Of a DNA stretch of 64,000 bases, positions 21,701 to 31,947 are shown piece by piece; positions within the stretch are counted from its first letter, which is position 1; every line of letters starts with the position of its first letter. The notes beneath the pieces were generated by a model. It saw nothing but the letters and a program-made list of their open reading frames with translations, was not told the origin of the DNA and did not search any database. Both the position numbers and the translations under genes were made by a program. The DNA comes from Histomonas meleagridis 2922-C6/04-290x (Eukaryota > Protista > Parabasalia): the NCBI GenBank assembly GCA_020184695.1, contig JAANOX010000211.1:10815-74814 (forward strand), given 5' to 3'.

Positions 21701-23829
21701 TCTTTAAATGAAGGTTGAATTATAGGTAATAATGATAAAAATAAATCATTTTCATTGATATAATCTCTAAATTGATTCTTTAATAAAGAACATTTAAATG
21801 CAATTTTTAACAATAAATCTAATGAATTTTTAATTTCATTTTCATCAGTTAAATTTTGTGTATAATTAACAAGTATAGAAAAGAATTTTGTTCGTAAAAA
21901 TATACAAGAAATTCCTGTCGATTCACCATCAAAAGCATTTGATATAGTCTTTAATATATGATTAACAATTTCTTGATAATTATTATCTTTTTGTTCAATT
22001 AAAATCATTTTCCTAAAGAATGAAAATATGATTTCCATTCCTTGATCATTTTCATTTAGTATTGAAATAGCTTTAGTTAATTGATCAAATGCAAAATCTC
22101 TTACATCTTTTTCATATATAAGTTCAGTTAAAATTGTTATAAATGAAGTACATTTAAATAATACTCTTTGATATGTCGGAAATATTAAAAGTGAATCAAC
22201 ATATTCGAATAATGATTTACGAATTATTTCATATGATTTAACTTCTGTTTCCTTTTTATTTATTATATAATTAATATGATTATCTCTTAAAATTGTTAAT
22301 AAACTTGAAATTCTTTTTTCATAAAAAACTCTTGTAAATAAATATGGAAATATATTTGATCCTAAGAAAATACATTTCATTAAAAAGTTTTGTAATTCTT
22401 CATCTAAAAGTAATTCCGAAATTACAATTTCATGTCTTGATAACAACGGTAATATAAAATTATAATTTTGTGAATTTAATATTAAATAAAAATAAAATGT
22501 TTCAATGAATTCAATGAACTCTTTACATCGAAAAGTTTCAAATATTAATTCTAAAATTCGCTCGAAAAAGTTTATCTTCATAAAATTATCAATTGATTCA
22601 TTGATAGATATTTTTGTTAATTCTTTTGACCATTGTAATAAAAAGGTAACTAATGAAGGCGTTGGATTATTACCAAATAAAATCATTATTTTACGCATAA
22701 ATTGTGAACTTGTTAATATTTGTGATTGCTTAGGATTTGATTTAAATAATAATAAAATTGTTTGTAATAATGAAACTAAAATTGAATTATCAGTAAATAA
22801 TTGTAAATCTTTTGGCTCATCTGAATTTATATTATTTCGAAGTTTTTCATCAGAAATATGTGTTATAGGTTCATTAAATGTTGAAATATTTAAAATGTCT
22901 TGTAAATTGATTTCGGTTGTTGTAGTTTCAAGTTTTTCATGTGTTTCTAATTTTTCAATTTCGACTTTAACTTCAACATTTGAAATACACTTAAAGATAA
23001 ATTTAGAAATACTTTCAAATTCGTTGTGATTATAAATTAATTCTGAAAGATTTGGAAATTGCATTGTTAATTTTGATAGAAAATTTAAAGTTGTTATTTG
23101 TGTTGCAACTGGAATATTAGTATCTAAAAATGATATCAAATGTTTGTATAACGATTTATATGGAAGATTAGAAATCGAATAATTCCGAAGAACAGTAAAC
23201 ATATTGTGAATTATCGAATTGTATAGTTTATCTTTTTCATCGTCCTGTGACCCGAAATGAAGAGAAAGTAATGCATATAAAAAATAATCTCCAAAATACT
23301 GAAATGAGTCTGGTATTCCAAGATGTTGGAAAATTGAAATTGACAAATTTAATAGTTTTAACAATTCTGATGATTTTGAATCAAATAAGTCAATTTTAGC
23401 ATAATACATTTTAACCTTAGAAAGAGCATAAGATACTGCAGCTGCAATATATGGGTTAAGATTTTGTTTGGGAATTATTTGAGATGAAATTATTTCAAAT
23501 ATTGAATTCAATTCTGGGAAGTAGCAATTGCCAGACCTTCCAGAATAAAATGCTACTGCAAATAACTTTTGAATGATTAGAATATTTGATAAATTTGCAT
23601 TTGCAACATCCATTAATCCATTAAAATCATATAACACCGCAAGAACCTCCATGGTTGATTGGGTTTTCTTCCTTCTAATAATTGTATTTACAAAGTTTGA
23701 ATCATATGAAAAAAATGGAAGATCAGACTCTGTTTGAAAACTAAATAAAGAAACACAATGTTGAATAATGTAATCGCTTTCCGGTAATGTGTTTTTATCC
23801 AAAAAATGTAAAATGCACTGGTTCTTCAT
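15724..23829 (-). CDS. Beige/BEACH domain protein (ConA-like, PH-BEACH, WD40)
   Basis: 2701-aa intronless ORF; AGRSYNDLGQYPIFPW, FRDLSSPIG, RELIPEFFYFP, WIDLIFGY, FGQAPIQLF, followed by WD repeats. Confidence 0.95.
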   Translation of the reverse strand: MKNQCILHFLDKNTLPESDYIIQHCVSLFSFQTESDLPFFSYDSNFVNTIIRRKKTQSTMEVLAVLYDFNGLMDVANANLSNILIIQKLFAVAFYSGRSGNCYFPELNSIFEIISSQIIPKQNLNPYIAAAVSYALSKVKMYYAKIDLFDSKSSELLKLLNLSISIFQHLGIPDSFQYFGDYFLYALLSLHFGSQDDEKDKLYNSIIHNMFTVLRNYSISNLPYKSLYKHLISFLDTNIPVATQITTLNFLSKLTMQFPNLSELIYNHNEFESISKFIFKCISNVEVKVEIEKLETHEKLETTTTEINLQDILNISTFNEPITHISDEKLRNNINSDEPKDLQLFTDNSILVSLLQTILLLFKSNPKQSQILTSSQFMRKIMILFGNNPTPSLVTFLLQWSKELTKISINESIDNFMKINFFERILELIFETFRCKEFIEFIETFYFYLILNSQNYNFILPLLSRHEIVISELLLDEELQNFLMKCIFLGSNIFPYLFTRVFYEKRISSLLTILRDNHINYIINKKETEVKSYEIIRKSLFEYVDSLLIFPTYQRVLFKCTSFITILTELIYEKDVRDFAFDQLTKAISILNENDQGMEIIFSFFRKMILIEQKDNNYQEIVNHILKTISNAFDGESTGISCIFLRTKFFSILVNYTQNLTDENEIKNSLDLLLKIAFKCSLLKNQFRDYINENDLFLSLLPIIQPSFKDGINEEFMNKLWTIIFGIDQISFEEIHPIINATPLTLIYQLLKPYNEKFIKFIEYIQKCCEEDNHSALEVNSSSFPSMLIKSFEEYRTITEPNSTFDLLLNLLSYLSSFSMKGKDIIAFFHNFSTLSGNFKPYFSFDLLRTLLLIFQTPYDAPPSFYHLNGKKTYLTLPEIPNIQIIDSFTFFINIILNESKTNGKILFYISDSLNTYFKLYFKNNLLYFEIGTNLNDIPQQGYFNYVFPPKVWTHICITFCKSYLNLYVHGKEQANLKIRQFHFQGTLRNSYIANEINCDIGNFGFIRIPLTSQLIRILADIPKTVITSFSPAEISDHLYESFPIFNSEMFSHSIYLYNPAISIKNTSINLANVSTSYQTLQVFGEIFGYSPQAKSILRSIGGPSVLFPLIAQIDQPLMPKENEPINYEVNPVYLPFLIQIFTAYLRGSISNQEDFCSIKGFQVIGHLLFRCKLQNITIQVIELLKRMYKEILIPNLACQMLEYIFLDIRLWIYLPLDLQYNVYNSLIEIFETSTEERKQWFIRTIPFVRILYLMRVFFWSNFSDPKICLCSKPKVNKATKEIEGKRPESLVQIRDKFWKLAYLVFQRSFNYSSATTLCILSFDQNDPELTIETLSFLIHLFRNHDQTLIRAFITHKLTFETFFPLLISENEIIKAQCIHIFMLIQYLNKDQRKSLLKPYTLNEWVAGIISSINLNKVTTILADIIFGYMFGLFDLKRSDVMPITRISKLNNISSGTYFIARYLFPLAFLTICDLNEDVTCKYLLYLDRSISLDPIQFMNTNPNWDLFFVMFLMHKMPNPQSNCDKASSICLYTLTQLYGIAAQIGKPIITNLVLYINLFSSQSSQDFSHILRMLFNDFIDKFILYPNSQQRKISYINCYLILNKIFEYLFFLNDASQSFLPEFIQIQNENKNTNFQDLHRIKWISTAPNIEMIYSTRTSCDGIWYDAELAQRVLSVLRLMPQIFHEKYETFHPLFIYTFILGIGLSHSIHFDLFLPYIKSIFNLIPNDNLKDIHIQSFINVYSGICKSFLNNRNNLIEDVLIQFTRNYKNLISNKFKLFINFGKTVQDLNKFLDKNPYNFIHYFIEKFQENEKLMINQAIKLQKSNYKTLQTIAQKNGKISSHFDKLNQVDSYSDLTNKKKQIYLQLHQFSASIRNSQREGQKLYHQIWNSLSNEDGPWSPLENTKKLHYKLSKVILSSNRRSRMIINTKYKDHKDASLMRDVGKIENVEQLYNEHLKQLRMSEFNGDQSVITLNDQDNNEDECQDGIVYFNNNNIILKVDANLVTMKKVYSGVLLITKVYLIFQANDSNKNVKILLNSIETIFTRHYLLMDTAIEIFTVEKRSYFIDFVSSQRNNVLDELTKLNLINLKFLQKCDNDIIPLLTEINTKWINNEISNFDYLMKINVLAGRSYNDLGQYPIFPWIISDYESEELDLNDPKTFRDLSSPIGALDEERLELMLNRMNNNNDLDESKYLYASFYSSSAVVIGYLIRVEPFASLHIELQSGRFDLSTRLFTSIKKAWKSVVKTPMDFRELIPEFFYFPDFLVNSNDFDLGLENPNVELPNWAKTPEEFIKKHREALECPYVSAMLPRWIDLIFGYNSRGNDAFLVNNVFSPYFFDTSITEEVLNNPERLQFIREYAACFGQAPIQLFKEPHNSKEQNDFNINLFSKQLFSLFNSNNKSILAIDHYGDNIIFVNSYLELFYYDLKSNKLTMYQLMLNKMIEENEINQMTKLIQMKSNIIITANPWDFAITLSNEKGIPFCIKRIHTQRITAIAMSEHFYVTTSMDCTLIIWRLSTSSTQIPFGIITKHKSFINCVEINEESDLCVSCSNIGEIVVSSLIQGIFIKKINCNEFGQPNNIQIFNSGNIVINFVSADNSIICVFDQNLNLILNKRIETQIQCWCKVDNINGEEYLFVALKNKKLVILKVDNLDEIWKLDDVDFIITRMSLMKKPLALILGTLDGKVLMMPFKHINNEKK

Positions 23830-24408
23830 TTGTTATTTTTGATATCCGATCTTTCGGTGATTGTAAATTATTCAAAATCCTGCTATTTTTTTGAAAAGTG
23901 CCGATATTTTTTATATTAACGGTCTATTACTATTTCGGAAGCAAGATTAATGTTAAAGTTTTCTATACAGGACTTTTAAATTAAATACACATGGGCAATG
24001 ACTCACCACTAACGAATTATTTATAGTTTTGATTCTCATGAAAAAATTTTTTGAAAAAACAAAACGAAAATACATTTTAAATGTGCAATATACGATAGAA
24101 CTTTTTAATAATGAGATTCAATATAACTTGATCGTTATAAATCAACTGGTCAGTTTTGACTTTTTGATTATCTGAGGATATGTGTAGTTTACTCCACTTT
24201 TGAATAGCACTTTTTGTTTCGGCCAAATAAACCAAGTTTTTATTAAAATAACCGTCGGAATTCACTGTTTATGTGATTTATTTTTTGAAAATTGAATAAC
24301 TTTGTTCGACATCCATGAAACTTGTCACTTTTTTCATTTTCGGAATTATGATTATAACGTTCTCCGATGTGTTACGTTGTAGGTACCTCAGTAAAGTATT
24401 CAATTTGT

Positions 24409-24808
24409 TTATAGAAATGCGACATTAAGATAAATTAAACTCAGGATTATTTCCTGATCGATAAACAAATTTTCCCTTAAAAACAAAAAAACGAACAACA
24501 TTCCAATGGGAATGGTAATGGAAAAGCATAAAGAAATATAATATTCGAAAGATAATGCGATAAAAGATTTGAAGGAAAAGTTAAAATATTTTTGCATTGA
24601 TTTATAAGGGAAAATAAGTGATTTGCAAAATGCATCAGAAATCGCTGTTCGGCCTTTAGTTCCCTTCATAACAATCAAAATTATCAGGATAATCTTCCTT
24701 CATATCCAGCGGTCAATGATAGTTGAATGGTGCGGGTTGACGATAGGGATACGATGGGACTTTTTAAACATGTTCAAAAAGTCCTATCGTAAATTGGTTC
24801 TATCGTAA
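24409..24808 (+). pseudogene. Decayed coding remnant, family unknown
   Basis: About 130 codon-like triplets in one frame (..PMGMVMEKHKEI*YSKDNAIKDLKEKLKYF..) with scattered stops. Confidence 0.25.
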
Positions 24809-25115
24809 ACAAAACTTTTTCAATATATACCGATCATAACCGCTGAAATTGAACCAAAAAACATAAAAAAGTGACTATTATCAAAAATGGGTGGTCTACA
24901 ATGAGATATTCAAAAAGTGGAGGTGACATGTGATTACATTTCGTCACACTGTGTAAACTCTAAGTCCCCTTTATTATATATAAAATGATATTATATTGTT
25001 TAATTTTCAATATAACTTATGAATAAAGATAAAGTAACACAAACCAATTTATTAATTCATTCACAAATGGGAAATGATAAAATGATCCAACATTTCGTGA
25101 GAATGATTTATATCA

Positions 25116-25124
<9 letters not shown>

Positions 25125-25148
<24 letters not shown>
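25125..25148. repeat. (TA)n microsatellite
   Basis: Visible. Confidence 0.9.
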
Positions 25149-25287
25149 GTAAAAAGAACATTTTGTGTAATGATTAATTACATCAGAGAAAAGATTTGGA
25201 AGAAAACAAAATTATTAGAAGTTATATCAATTAAATTGAAATGAAATGAAATTTTAGTGTTTGAATTATGATGTAATTGTGAACTCA

Positions 25288-25782
25288 TTATGTTTGAGAA
25301 CTCAACTCTTTTATTAAGTCCTCATAGCTTGTTTGTATCTCAATAAAATGTCCATGGGAAGTCGGTGATGATGCGATCGAAATATCACTTTTGAGGATAT
25401 TTTTCGCTTCCGAATTCAAAACAGATGCAATACCACCATTTTTTGAAGTTTCTGTTCTATATATCTCAAAAAATTCATCCTCCACAAATTTTTTTACAAT
25501 GCTAACTGGAGCTAAGCTTATCAAAGGACGAAAATTTTTGGTTTTGAGTAAAGATTGTTTTTCATTATTAAAAGTTGGTATTAATCTTGATTTCCTGGTT
25601 ATGGGCTTCCTTGTTCCTGCAGGAAATAATGGTTTAATGGTATCATCTGAATTATAATCAATATTTTTTATTGAATTAATATATTTTTTATTTCCAAAAC
25701 GTCGTGGCTTAACACTAATCCATGTACCTTCAGGGTCCCTTTGAGTAGATCCCTTCGTAATCAATATAAGGAGAAGAAGCAT
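25288..25782 (-). CDS. Hypothetical protein
   Basis: 164-aa ATG ORF with coding-like composition; no recognised domain. Confidence 0.55.
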   Translation of the reverse strand: MLLLLILITKGSTQRDPEGTWISVKPRRFGNKKYINSIKNIDYNSDDTIKPLFPAGTRKPITRKSRLIPTFNNEKQSLLKTKNFRPLISLAPVSIVKKFVEDEFFEIYRTETSKNGGIASVLNSEAKNILKSDISIASSPTSHGHFIEIQTSYEDLIKELSSQT

Positions 25783-26155
25783 TTACAAATGTCCTAAATC
25801 AAGATTTTATCAATAGAAATTTTCTTAAGTTTGAAACATGTTTCAAAAATGTTGAAATATGTTTGGTACGTACCAAATTGAATTGCAATTCCAAAAACGT
25901 TTTTTGGAGAAACACAATGATACAAGGCCGTTAGGCTTATTTCCTTAATGAATAGATTTAGTTCATAAAAAATATTTGATATATCTTTTGAGGATTAAGT
26001 ATTTATAGGTATGTCTATCTATGTTAACCTAATTTTTCTATATTTTTGATTTACTTAAAATTTGAAATTCAATTGTTATTTGGTCGATTTTGAACAAAAT
26101 CATCGAACATTGAGTTTTTTTTGACGCCTGCAAACTTCAATATCTAACACTAAAA

Positions 26156-26379
26156 TAGGGTGGATTCTTGTAATCAGAACCGGATTTTCTGGGCAAATCT
26201 TTTGCGGGCAAATACCATTCAAACTTGCCCATCAAACCGCCGGGGTTTCAGAGTGTATCGCTGATGTAAAGTTCACACTTCATTCATGGAAAATTTAATA
26301 TAATAAGTATTTTGGATCACAGTTTCTTTCTGCCGTCGGACGACAAAACTTCAAAAAATGGACATTTTGGCCCACCCTA
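26156..26379. mobile_element. hAT-type MITE, 224 bp, related to 5324-5520 in the opposite orientation
   Basis: Termini TAGGGTGGATT / TAGGGTGGGCC (reverse complement); 7/8 TSD CACTAAAA vs CACTGAAA; shared subterminal AAATGTCCATTTT..TTTTGTC..GCAGAAAGA. Confidence 0.8.
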
Positions 26380-28889
26380 CACTGAAAAAATTTAAATCAA
26401 ACTAAACTCTCAATCTGGGGCAATCTTGCCAGATGATACATATGATATGGCACCGATCATTTTCATATCACAATCGTTTCATGAATACAAATATGATACT
26501 TTTTAAAGAATAAACCACACAATTTTTATTATCTCATCATCATCTAGTGGCAACGATAGCTTTCAAATATGGCAACAGACTTAGTGAAATATAGGTCAAG
26601 TCTGTAGAATGAAGAATTTATTTTATTATAAATTTTAAAAAATAAAGTTGGTGTGAAGCTTCTCCTTAAGTCCACGAAATTTTTATTCTTCTTAAGCCCT
26701 AAACAGAAATTTCCAAAAAATTCGCACTTCAACCTAAGTCAAATTTTATTATCGATTTTTTGACTTCTTAAAAGGCCACATATGGGATCATGTAATTCAA
26801 AAATTCACAACTTTATTGTCATTCAAAGATTTAACATATCGGCATATCACAACAGCTTGCAAACGACCGTTTTCCTTGTGATCGTTTTGCCAAAATTTGT
26901 GATAATTTCAATTGAATTTGCCATTTTGGGTACAAGTCGACCGTTTAATCGACTTTGACTAAGATGCGTCTCAGCGCTTCAAATGTTCTCATTTTTCATA
27001 GTTCATTAATAATTTTAAAAATAGTCACAATAAAATGCATCTAAGGATTAAATCATTTAAATCATTTAAATTTATTTCTTAATTCGTTTTTCTTTGGAGC
27101 GCAACTTTTTTACACAAAAAATAAAGTCAAACCAAAAAAACCCAATAGTCAATTTTCGGAAACCGCTAACCAAAGAAGAATTACTTGTTCTAATTGACGC
27201 CAAAAATTATTCAAACTTCTAAGAACTTTTATGTTAGCAGACAGTATTAAGTACTCAAAACTATTAACTTTGCATGTACCAACCATTTTCAAAAAAAGTA
27301 AATTTCAATTGTTATTAAAATCATCAAAAGTTAATGTAATATTTATCATATGAAAAATAAACACTTGAATGCGAAGTTATTTTTTAATTTTCCTAAGATA
27401 AATATTATTCATGATTTCCAGGAGATTATTTTCATAATTTTTATTTCAAATAAAAATGCAATATTTTAGAATCCTAAAAACTTAGAAAATTTAAAGAAAG
27501 TATAAATTATGGAAACTAAAAATTTATTATTTGAAGATTTATCATTAATTTTAAATTTTCACTTTATTGATTAAGGAAAAACCATGTTTTTGCTATTATT
27601 AGTCAAGAATGAAATGACATGAATTGATAAAAAATATCCATTATTAATGAAGATATTTTTGTTTATAAATTTTTTTATCTGGTTGGAAAAATTACACAAA
27701 ACTGATATAAATCATACAAATGTGTGTCATTCAAAATAAAAAGCTTTGTTTCGTGCTTGGAACTTGAGCTTTCATAATAGGATAGTACCTAATCTTCTTA
27801 ACACTGTGTCTTACTTACAGATAATTATTTCTGGTAAAAAAATGAGGATTGAAGTTTCTTAATCAATTCATTACTGATAATGAAATTACCAAATATTTGC
27901 TTGAACACATGATATTTGTTCCTTTCTTAAAAGGATATTAAAGCTGTAAATACAAGAGAGAACAATATTTTCTTTGGATTAAGTCAAGACCGTTTATTGT
28001 TTGAATATCTTAAATTTTTATCAAAATGAACAAACATTTTTTGTTTTGATTGATATTTTGAGTGGCTTATTTTTGTTGGGTCTATTGGTTCTAATATTTA
28101 TGAATGTTTGTATATTAATTTGAAATATATAAGAATAATTTTATTATTTTTTGAATTTTTGAAATTATGACCAAGCACAAATAATATTTCTAATTTTGGA
28201 ATGAGGGCATTGCTATTTGAGTGAATTTATTAAATTTTTTGGAATTTGATGAAATTGATTAACTGAAACAAACATTTTCTTTGGATGATACCAAGACATT
28301 CTAGGCCTATTATTAATAATTTAAATGTGCTTATTCATGAGAAACAACGAAAGCAAGTTTGATAAATACAACACTTAGCCTCTAAAAATCTTTGGTATTG
28401 AAAATAGAACGTCCAAGAGTGTTTCCCACAAAAAATTCAATATACTTTATGTTTATCGGTTATGAAAAATTGAATACTTGGACGCCACATGATTAAATTT
28501 TCAATTGAAAAAGACAACTTTTTTAATAATATTCTCTCAAAGTTTGACGGTTTATTTTCCCTCAAAAAGCTAAACCGTTGTTGTAAAAAGACCATGGTGC
28601 AATTCAATATAGATTAATGATGGTAATTGCACAATTTTCAACCTGATAGTCCATTTTTCAAAATGATTCAAACTTGGAATAATTAAAGAAATTTACTGTC
28701 ATTGTGCTTCGTTTTCTCTTAATTTTTACGTGATATGTGAAGTCAAAAGGTTTTAAGGATGGTGCTTTTTTGAGGGAAAAATTGTTTACACTCACAAATA
28801 ATTGACCACGCGGGAACGGCTTTTTCAATAAAGCGCTGGCGATCAACTTCAAAGCTGAACAAGGAGTGCAAAAACATATAGTATTGTAA

Positions 28890-29756
28890 ATGGAAATTAC
28901 CCCTTACGCAGAACAAATATTCCGTCAATACTTATCAGTCGAAATTGATGCAATGAACAACCAAATTGCTGATGATCGAAAACAAAATATCATATCAGAA
29001 TCAATCTCATTTATATTGGGTGAAATAGATTCAGTAAATGTGCGAGATTGCGTAAATGACAATATAAATTATTTTGAACTAATAGGGGAAATCAAAAGAG
29101 TATTTAAAGAAGTTATCAATCATACATATATAACTACATTCTCATATCAAAATTTTGAAGAAGCTAGACCACGGAGAAGTCCAAAGTGGTCTAAAAAAGA
29201 AGACATACGATTACTATGCGGAACGGCAAAATATGGAGCAAAGAATTGGAGAGCAATATCTGATTTTGTTGGACATAATAGAACAAGTATTCAATGTAAT
29301 CAACGTTGGAATCGCTCAGTAAATCCAGAAATTCTCCATAGTGAATGGACAAAGGAAGAAGATGATATCTTACTTGAAACAGTTAATGTTAAAAAAATCA
29401 CCAAATGGAAACAAATATCCAATTTAATTCCAGGTCGAACGGACCTTCAATGTCGTTATAGATATACACAACTCACAAGGAATGGTGGATTTCCTCAAAC
29501 AGATCAAGAAAATCAAAAATCGCCACAAGAAACTCCAAACAAGCAAATTGATATTTTTTCTCTTTTGGTTAATGATGAAAGTTCATCTACAAACGATGAA
29601 AAGCACCAACAGCCTCCTGCATACAATAAAGTTGTTGTTAAATCCAAGCACCGAGTTATAGTTGCTCCAAATCAATTGTCAAGTTCTGAAAATGAGAATT
29701 TGATAGATAAGATAAATGAACCAGCTCAAACAAACACTCAAAGCGAGAAAAATTAA
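28890..29756 (+). CDS. R2R3 Myb-like DNA-binding protein
   Basis: KWSKKED..W..I..RTSIQCNQRW; EWTKEED..KW..I..RTDLQCRYRY. Confidence 0.92.
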   Translation: MEITPYAEQIFRQYLSVEIDAMNNQIADDRKQNIISESISFILGEIDSVNVRDCVNDNINYFELIGEIKRVFKEVINHTYITTFSYQNFEEARPRRSPKWSKKEDIRLLCGTAKYGAKNWRAISDFVGHNRTSIQCNQRWNRSVNPEILHSEWTKEEDDILLETVNVKKITKWKQISNLIPGRTDLQCRYRYTQLTRNGGFPQTDQENQKSPQETPNKQIDIFSLLVNDESSSTNDEKHQQPPAYNKVVVKSKHRVIVAPNQLSSSENENLIDKINEPAQTNTQSEKN

Positions 29757-29966
29757 ATCTGATATGGATTTCACATATTGGAACTAATGCATAGATAATA
29801 AAAATAAATTTCACTGAATTTTAAAATTTATTTTTTATTTTATTTATCAATTTTTTTAATGAAATTTTGCAGTTATCAAATATCTTTTTAAATTAAATTC
29901 AAATCTTTATTCCATATCATATCCGTTTATTATCACTAAAAATAAAAATATAATATTTTATTCAAA

Positions 29967-30749
29967 TTAACAACAAGAGTATTTATCGTTTGCCAAAAAT
30001 GAATTATCTTTCTTCCATTCCTCTATTTCATCTTCTGTTGGTATTTTGTATTTTGGATGATTTTTATGCATTGTTAAGAATTCTTTTAGATTTCGAATGA
30101 TTCCATGACTAAATGGACTCAAATCATATCTCCAATTCCTTAAATAAGATATTCGTTCTGCTTTTGCTGATTCCCATGTAGTTTTATTCAAACAAGCATA
30201 AAATACTTGAACCGGAAATTGTACAATTGTTTGGAACAATGCAAATGCAGAAGAAACACAAACTACACCGCACATAAAATTAGTAAATATCCATATAATA
30301 AAATCATTTTCTTCAAGTGCTGCTTTCCATGTTTGGTGAATATATTGAACCAATGTAATGATATCAAAAAAAAGAAACAATATAAAATATAAATGATTGT
30401 TCATTCCAACACATGTTCCAATCCAAGGGCAATGATGATCTCTTCTTAAAACACAATGCTTACATTCTTTACAATGTGATGCGCGTAATGGTGGACATAA
30501 ATGACACTCATCGCAAAAAAAGTCATTTTGAAGCATTGGAGATTCTTCATCTGATTCAACAAATCCAGGACCTTTGCAAGCTTTATAAAAAAAATAAATT
30601 GAAATCAAATTAAAAATTGGAAATATCATACACTTTTTTGAAAATTTTACGAAAATATCATTATGTAACGGTGTGTTGCTGTAAAGGCAAACAATAAATC
30701 CATATGTATGTAATGTATACCAAAGTATGCAAGGGATTTTTATTCGCAT
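29967..30749 (-). CDS. DHHC palmitoyltransferase
   Basis: CPLRASHCKECKHCVLRRDHHCPWIGTCVG; TTWE motif; likely start MRIKIP at 30749. Confidence 0.93.
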   Translation of the reverse strand: MRIKIPCILWYTLHTYGFIVCLYSNTPLHNDIFVKFSKKCMIFPIFNLISIYFFYKACKGPGFVESDEESPMLQNDFFCDECHLCPPLRASHCKECKHCVLRRDHHCPWIGTCVGMNNHLYFILFLFFDIITLVQYIHQTWKAALEENDFIIWIFTNFMCGVVCVSSAFALFQTIVQFPVQVFYACLNKTTWESAKAERISYLRNWRYDLSPFSHGIIRNLKEFLTMHKNHPKYKIPTEDEIEEWKKDNSFLANDKYSCC

Positions 30750-30797
30750 TTCTGTTAAAAATTTGACTGTTTTTTGCCGGCAATTATTATTTACCCA

Positions 30798-31859
30798 ATG
30801 AGCAAAAAGGCAAATCAAAATACATATGGAAAAATAAATTTATTTAACCTAGTTCCACCGTCTCTAGTGATGCCTCAAATAAACAAAATACCTCTAGAAA
30901 TATATGATGAACCACTTCATTTAAAATCGCCAGTCCCAAAGTTTGATATCAATCCAAACATGACTGGTTATTCTGGCGTTCCAATGATGTTTACAGCAAC
31001 ACTTACTAACAATAGATTCCAACCTTTTCAAGAAGCCACATTATATGTTTCTGCCAAAATTGGAAGTCGTACACTCTATCAATCAGAGCCTTTTGTTCCA
31101 CAAACAGTTAACCCACAAAAGTATATTTTCCATAATTTTTCATTCAAATGTCCAATTCAAGGTACAGTCGAAATCTTTATCCGAGCAATGTTTAGGTTTG
31201 ACAACCTACAACACGGTCTCACCGAGACAGTTAAAGTCACAATTAATCCATCGCTTGAAGTAATACTCAATCTTCACCAAGTTAGGCCAGACAATTTCCT
31301 AAATGTTTTTGTCAAAAACTTACTCCCATTCCAGATTCAAAATGTTGCTATACGTCAGCCAAAAGAAGAAGCAGTACCAATATGTGATACATTAGAATCT
31401 GGAAGTACTCTTTCTACATATATCCAATTAACCAAACAAATCAATGGCATTGAGATTTCATGGAAATTACCCACAATTAAAGACTGTAAACAAAGTTATT
31501 CTGTAAATAAGATTAATGAAGAAACACCAAATATCATTGCAATATCATTCGAGGAAATACCCAGGATGATTCCTGTGTTAAAGCCGTTCAAAGTTGGTAT
31601 AAGAATGGAAAATAAGACAGATAGAGAATTGGTAGGATTTGGAGAATTTGAAAGAGAACAAACAATTGGAATTCTTGGAAGGTCTGACTTTCAACTTAAT
31701 TTTGGCCCAAATGAAAGTAAATTAGTTGAACTTGATTTAATTGCACATTCACAAGGAAACTTCTTAATACCACCAATCGATTTCACATTTCAAGGTCAAG
31801 ATAAATTTAGAGTTATTCCAAATGATGGAGTAATAATTGTTGGTTATGATCAAGAATAA
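30798..31859 (+). CDS. TRAPPC13 (DUF974)-like Ig-fold protein
   Basis: Beta-rich; segments resemble TRAPPC13 from recall (FTATLTNN, ISFEEIP..PFKVGIRMENKTDR, GPNES..LDLIAHSQG); start uncertain (30774 or 30798). Confidence 0.5.
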   Translation: MSKKANQNTYGKINLFNLVPPSLVMPQINKIPLEIYDEPLHLKSPVPKFDINPNMTGYSGVPMMFTATLTNNRFQPFQEATLYVSAKIGSRTLYQSEPFVPQTVNPQKYIFHNFSFKCPIQGTVEIFIRAMFRFDNLQHGLTETVKVTINPSLEVILNLHQVRPDNFLNVFVKNLLPFQIQNVAIRQPKEEAVPICDTLESGSTLSTYIQLTKQINGIEISWKLPTIKDCKQSYSVNKINEETPNIIAISFEEIPRMIPVLKPFKVGIRMENKTDRELVGFGEFEREQTIGILGRSDFQLNFGPNESKLVELDLIAHSQGNFLIPPIDFTFQGQDKFRVIPNDGVIIVGYDQE

Positions 31860-31947
31860 AAATTCATTTTGGAGAATGATGTTTTTTCACATCACATTTC
31901 GTGGTTAAAAAATAAAAACTAAAAAGAAAACATTTTTTATTATTCAC

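Noticed and set aside
16022-23029. Antisense ORFs within the BEACH gene (similar ones lie in HELQ, Spt6 and GH47)
   Set aside because: Expected shadows of long real CDSs on the opposite strand.
27400-28300. Highly decayed DUF3447-like relic (..LLFEYLKFL.., EWLIFVGSI)
   Set aside because: Similarity is too weak to support without tBLASTn.
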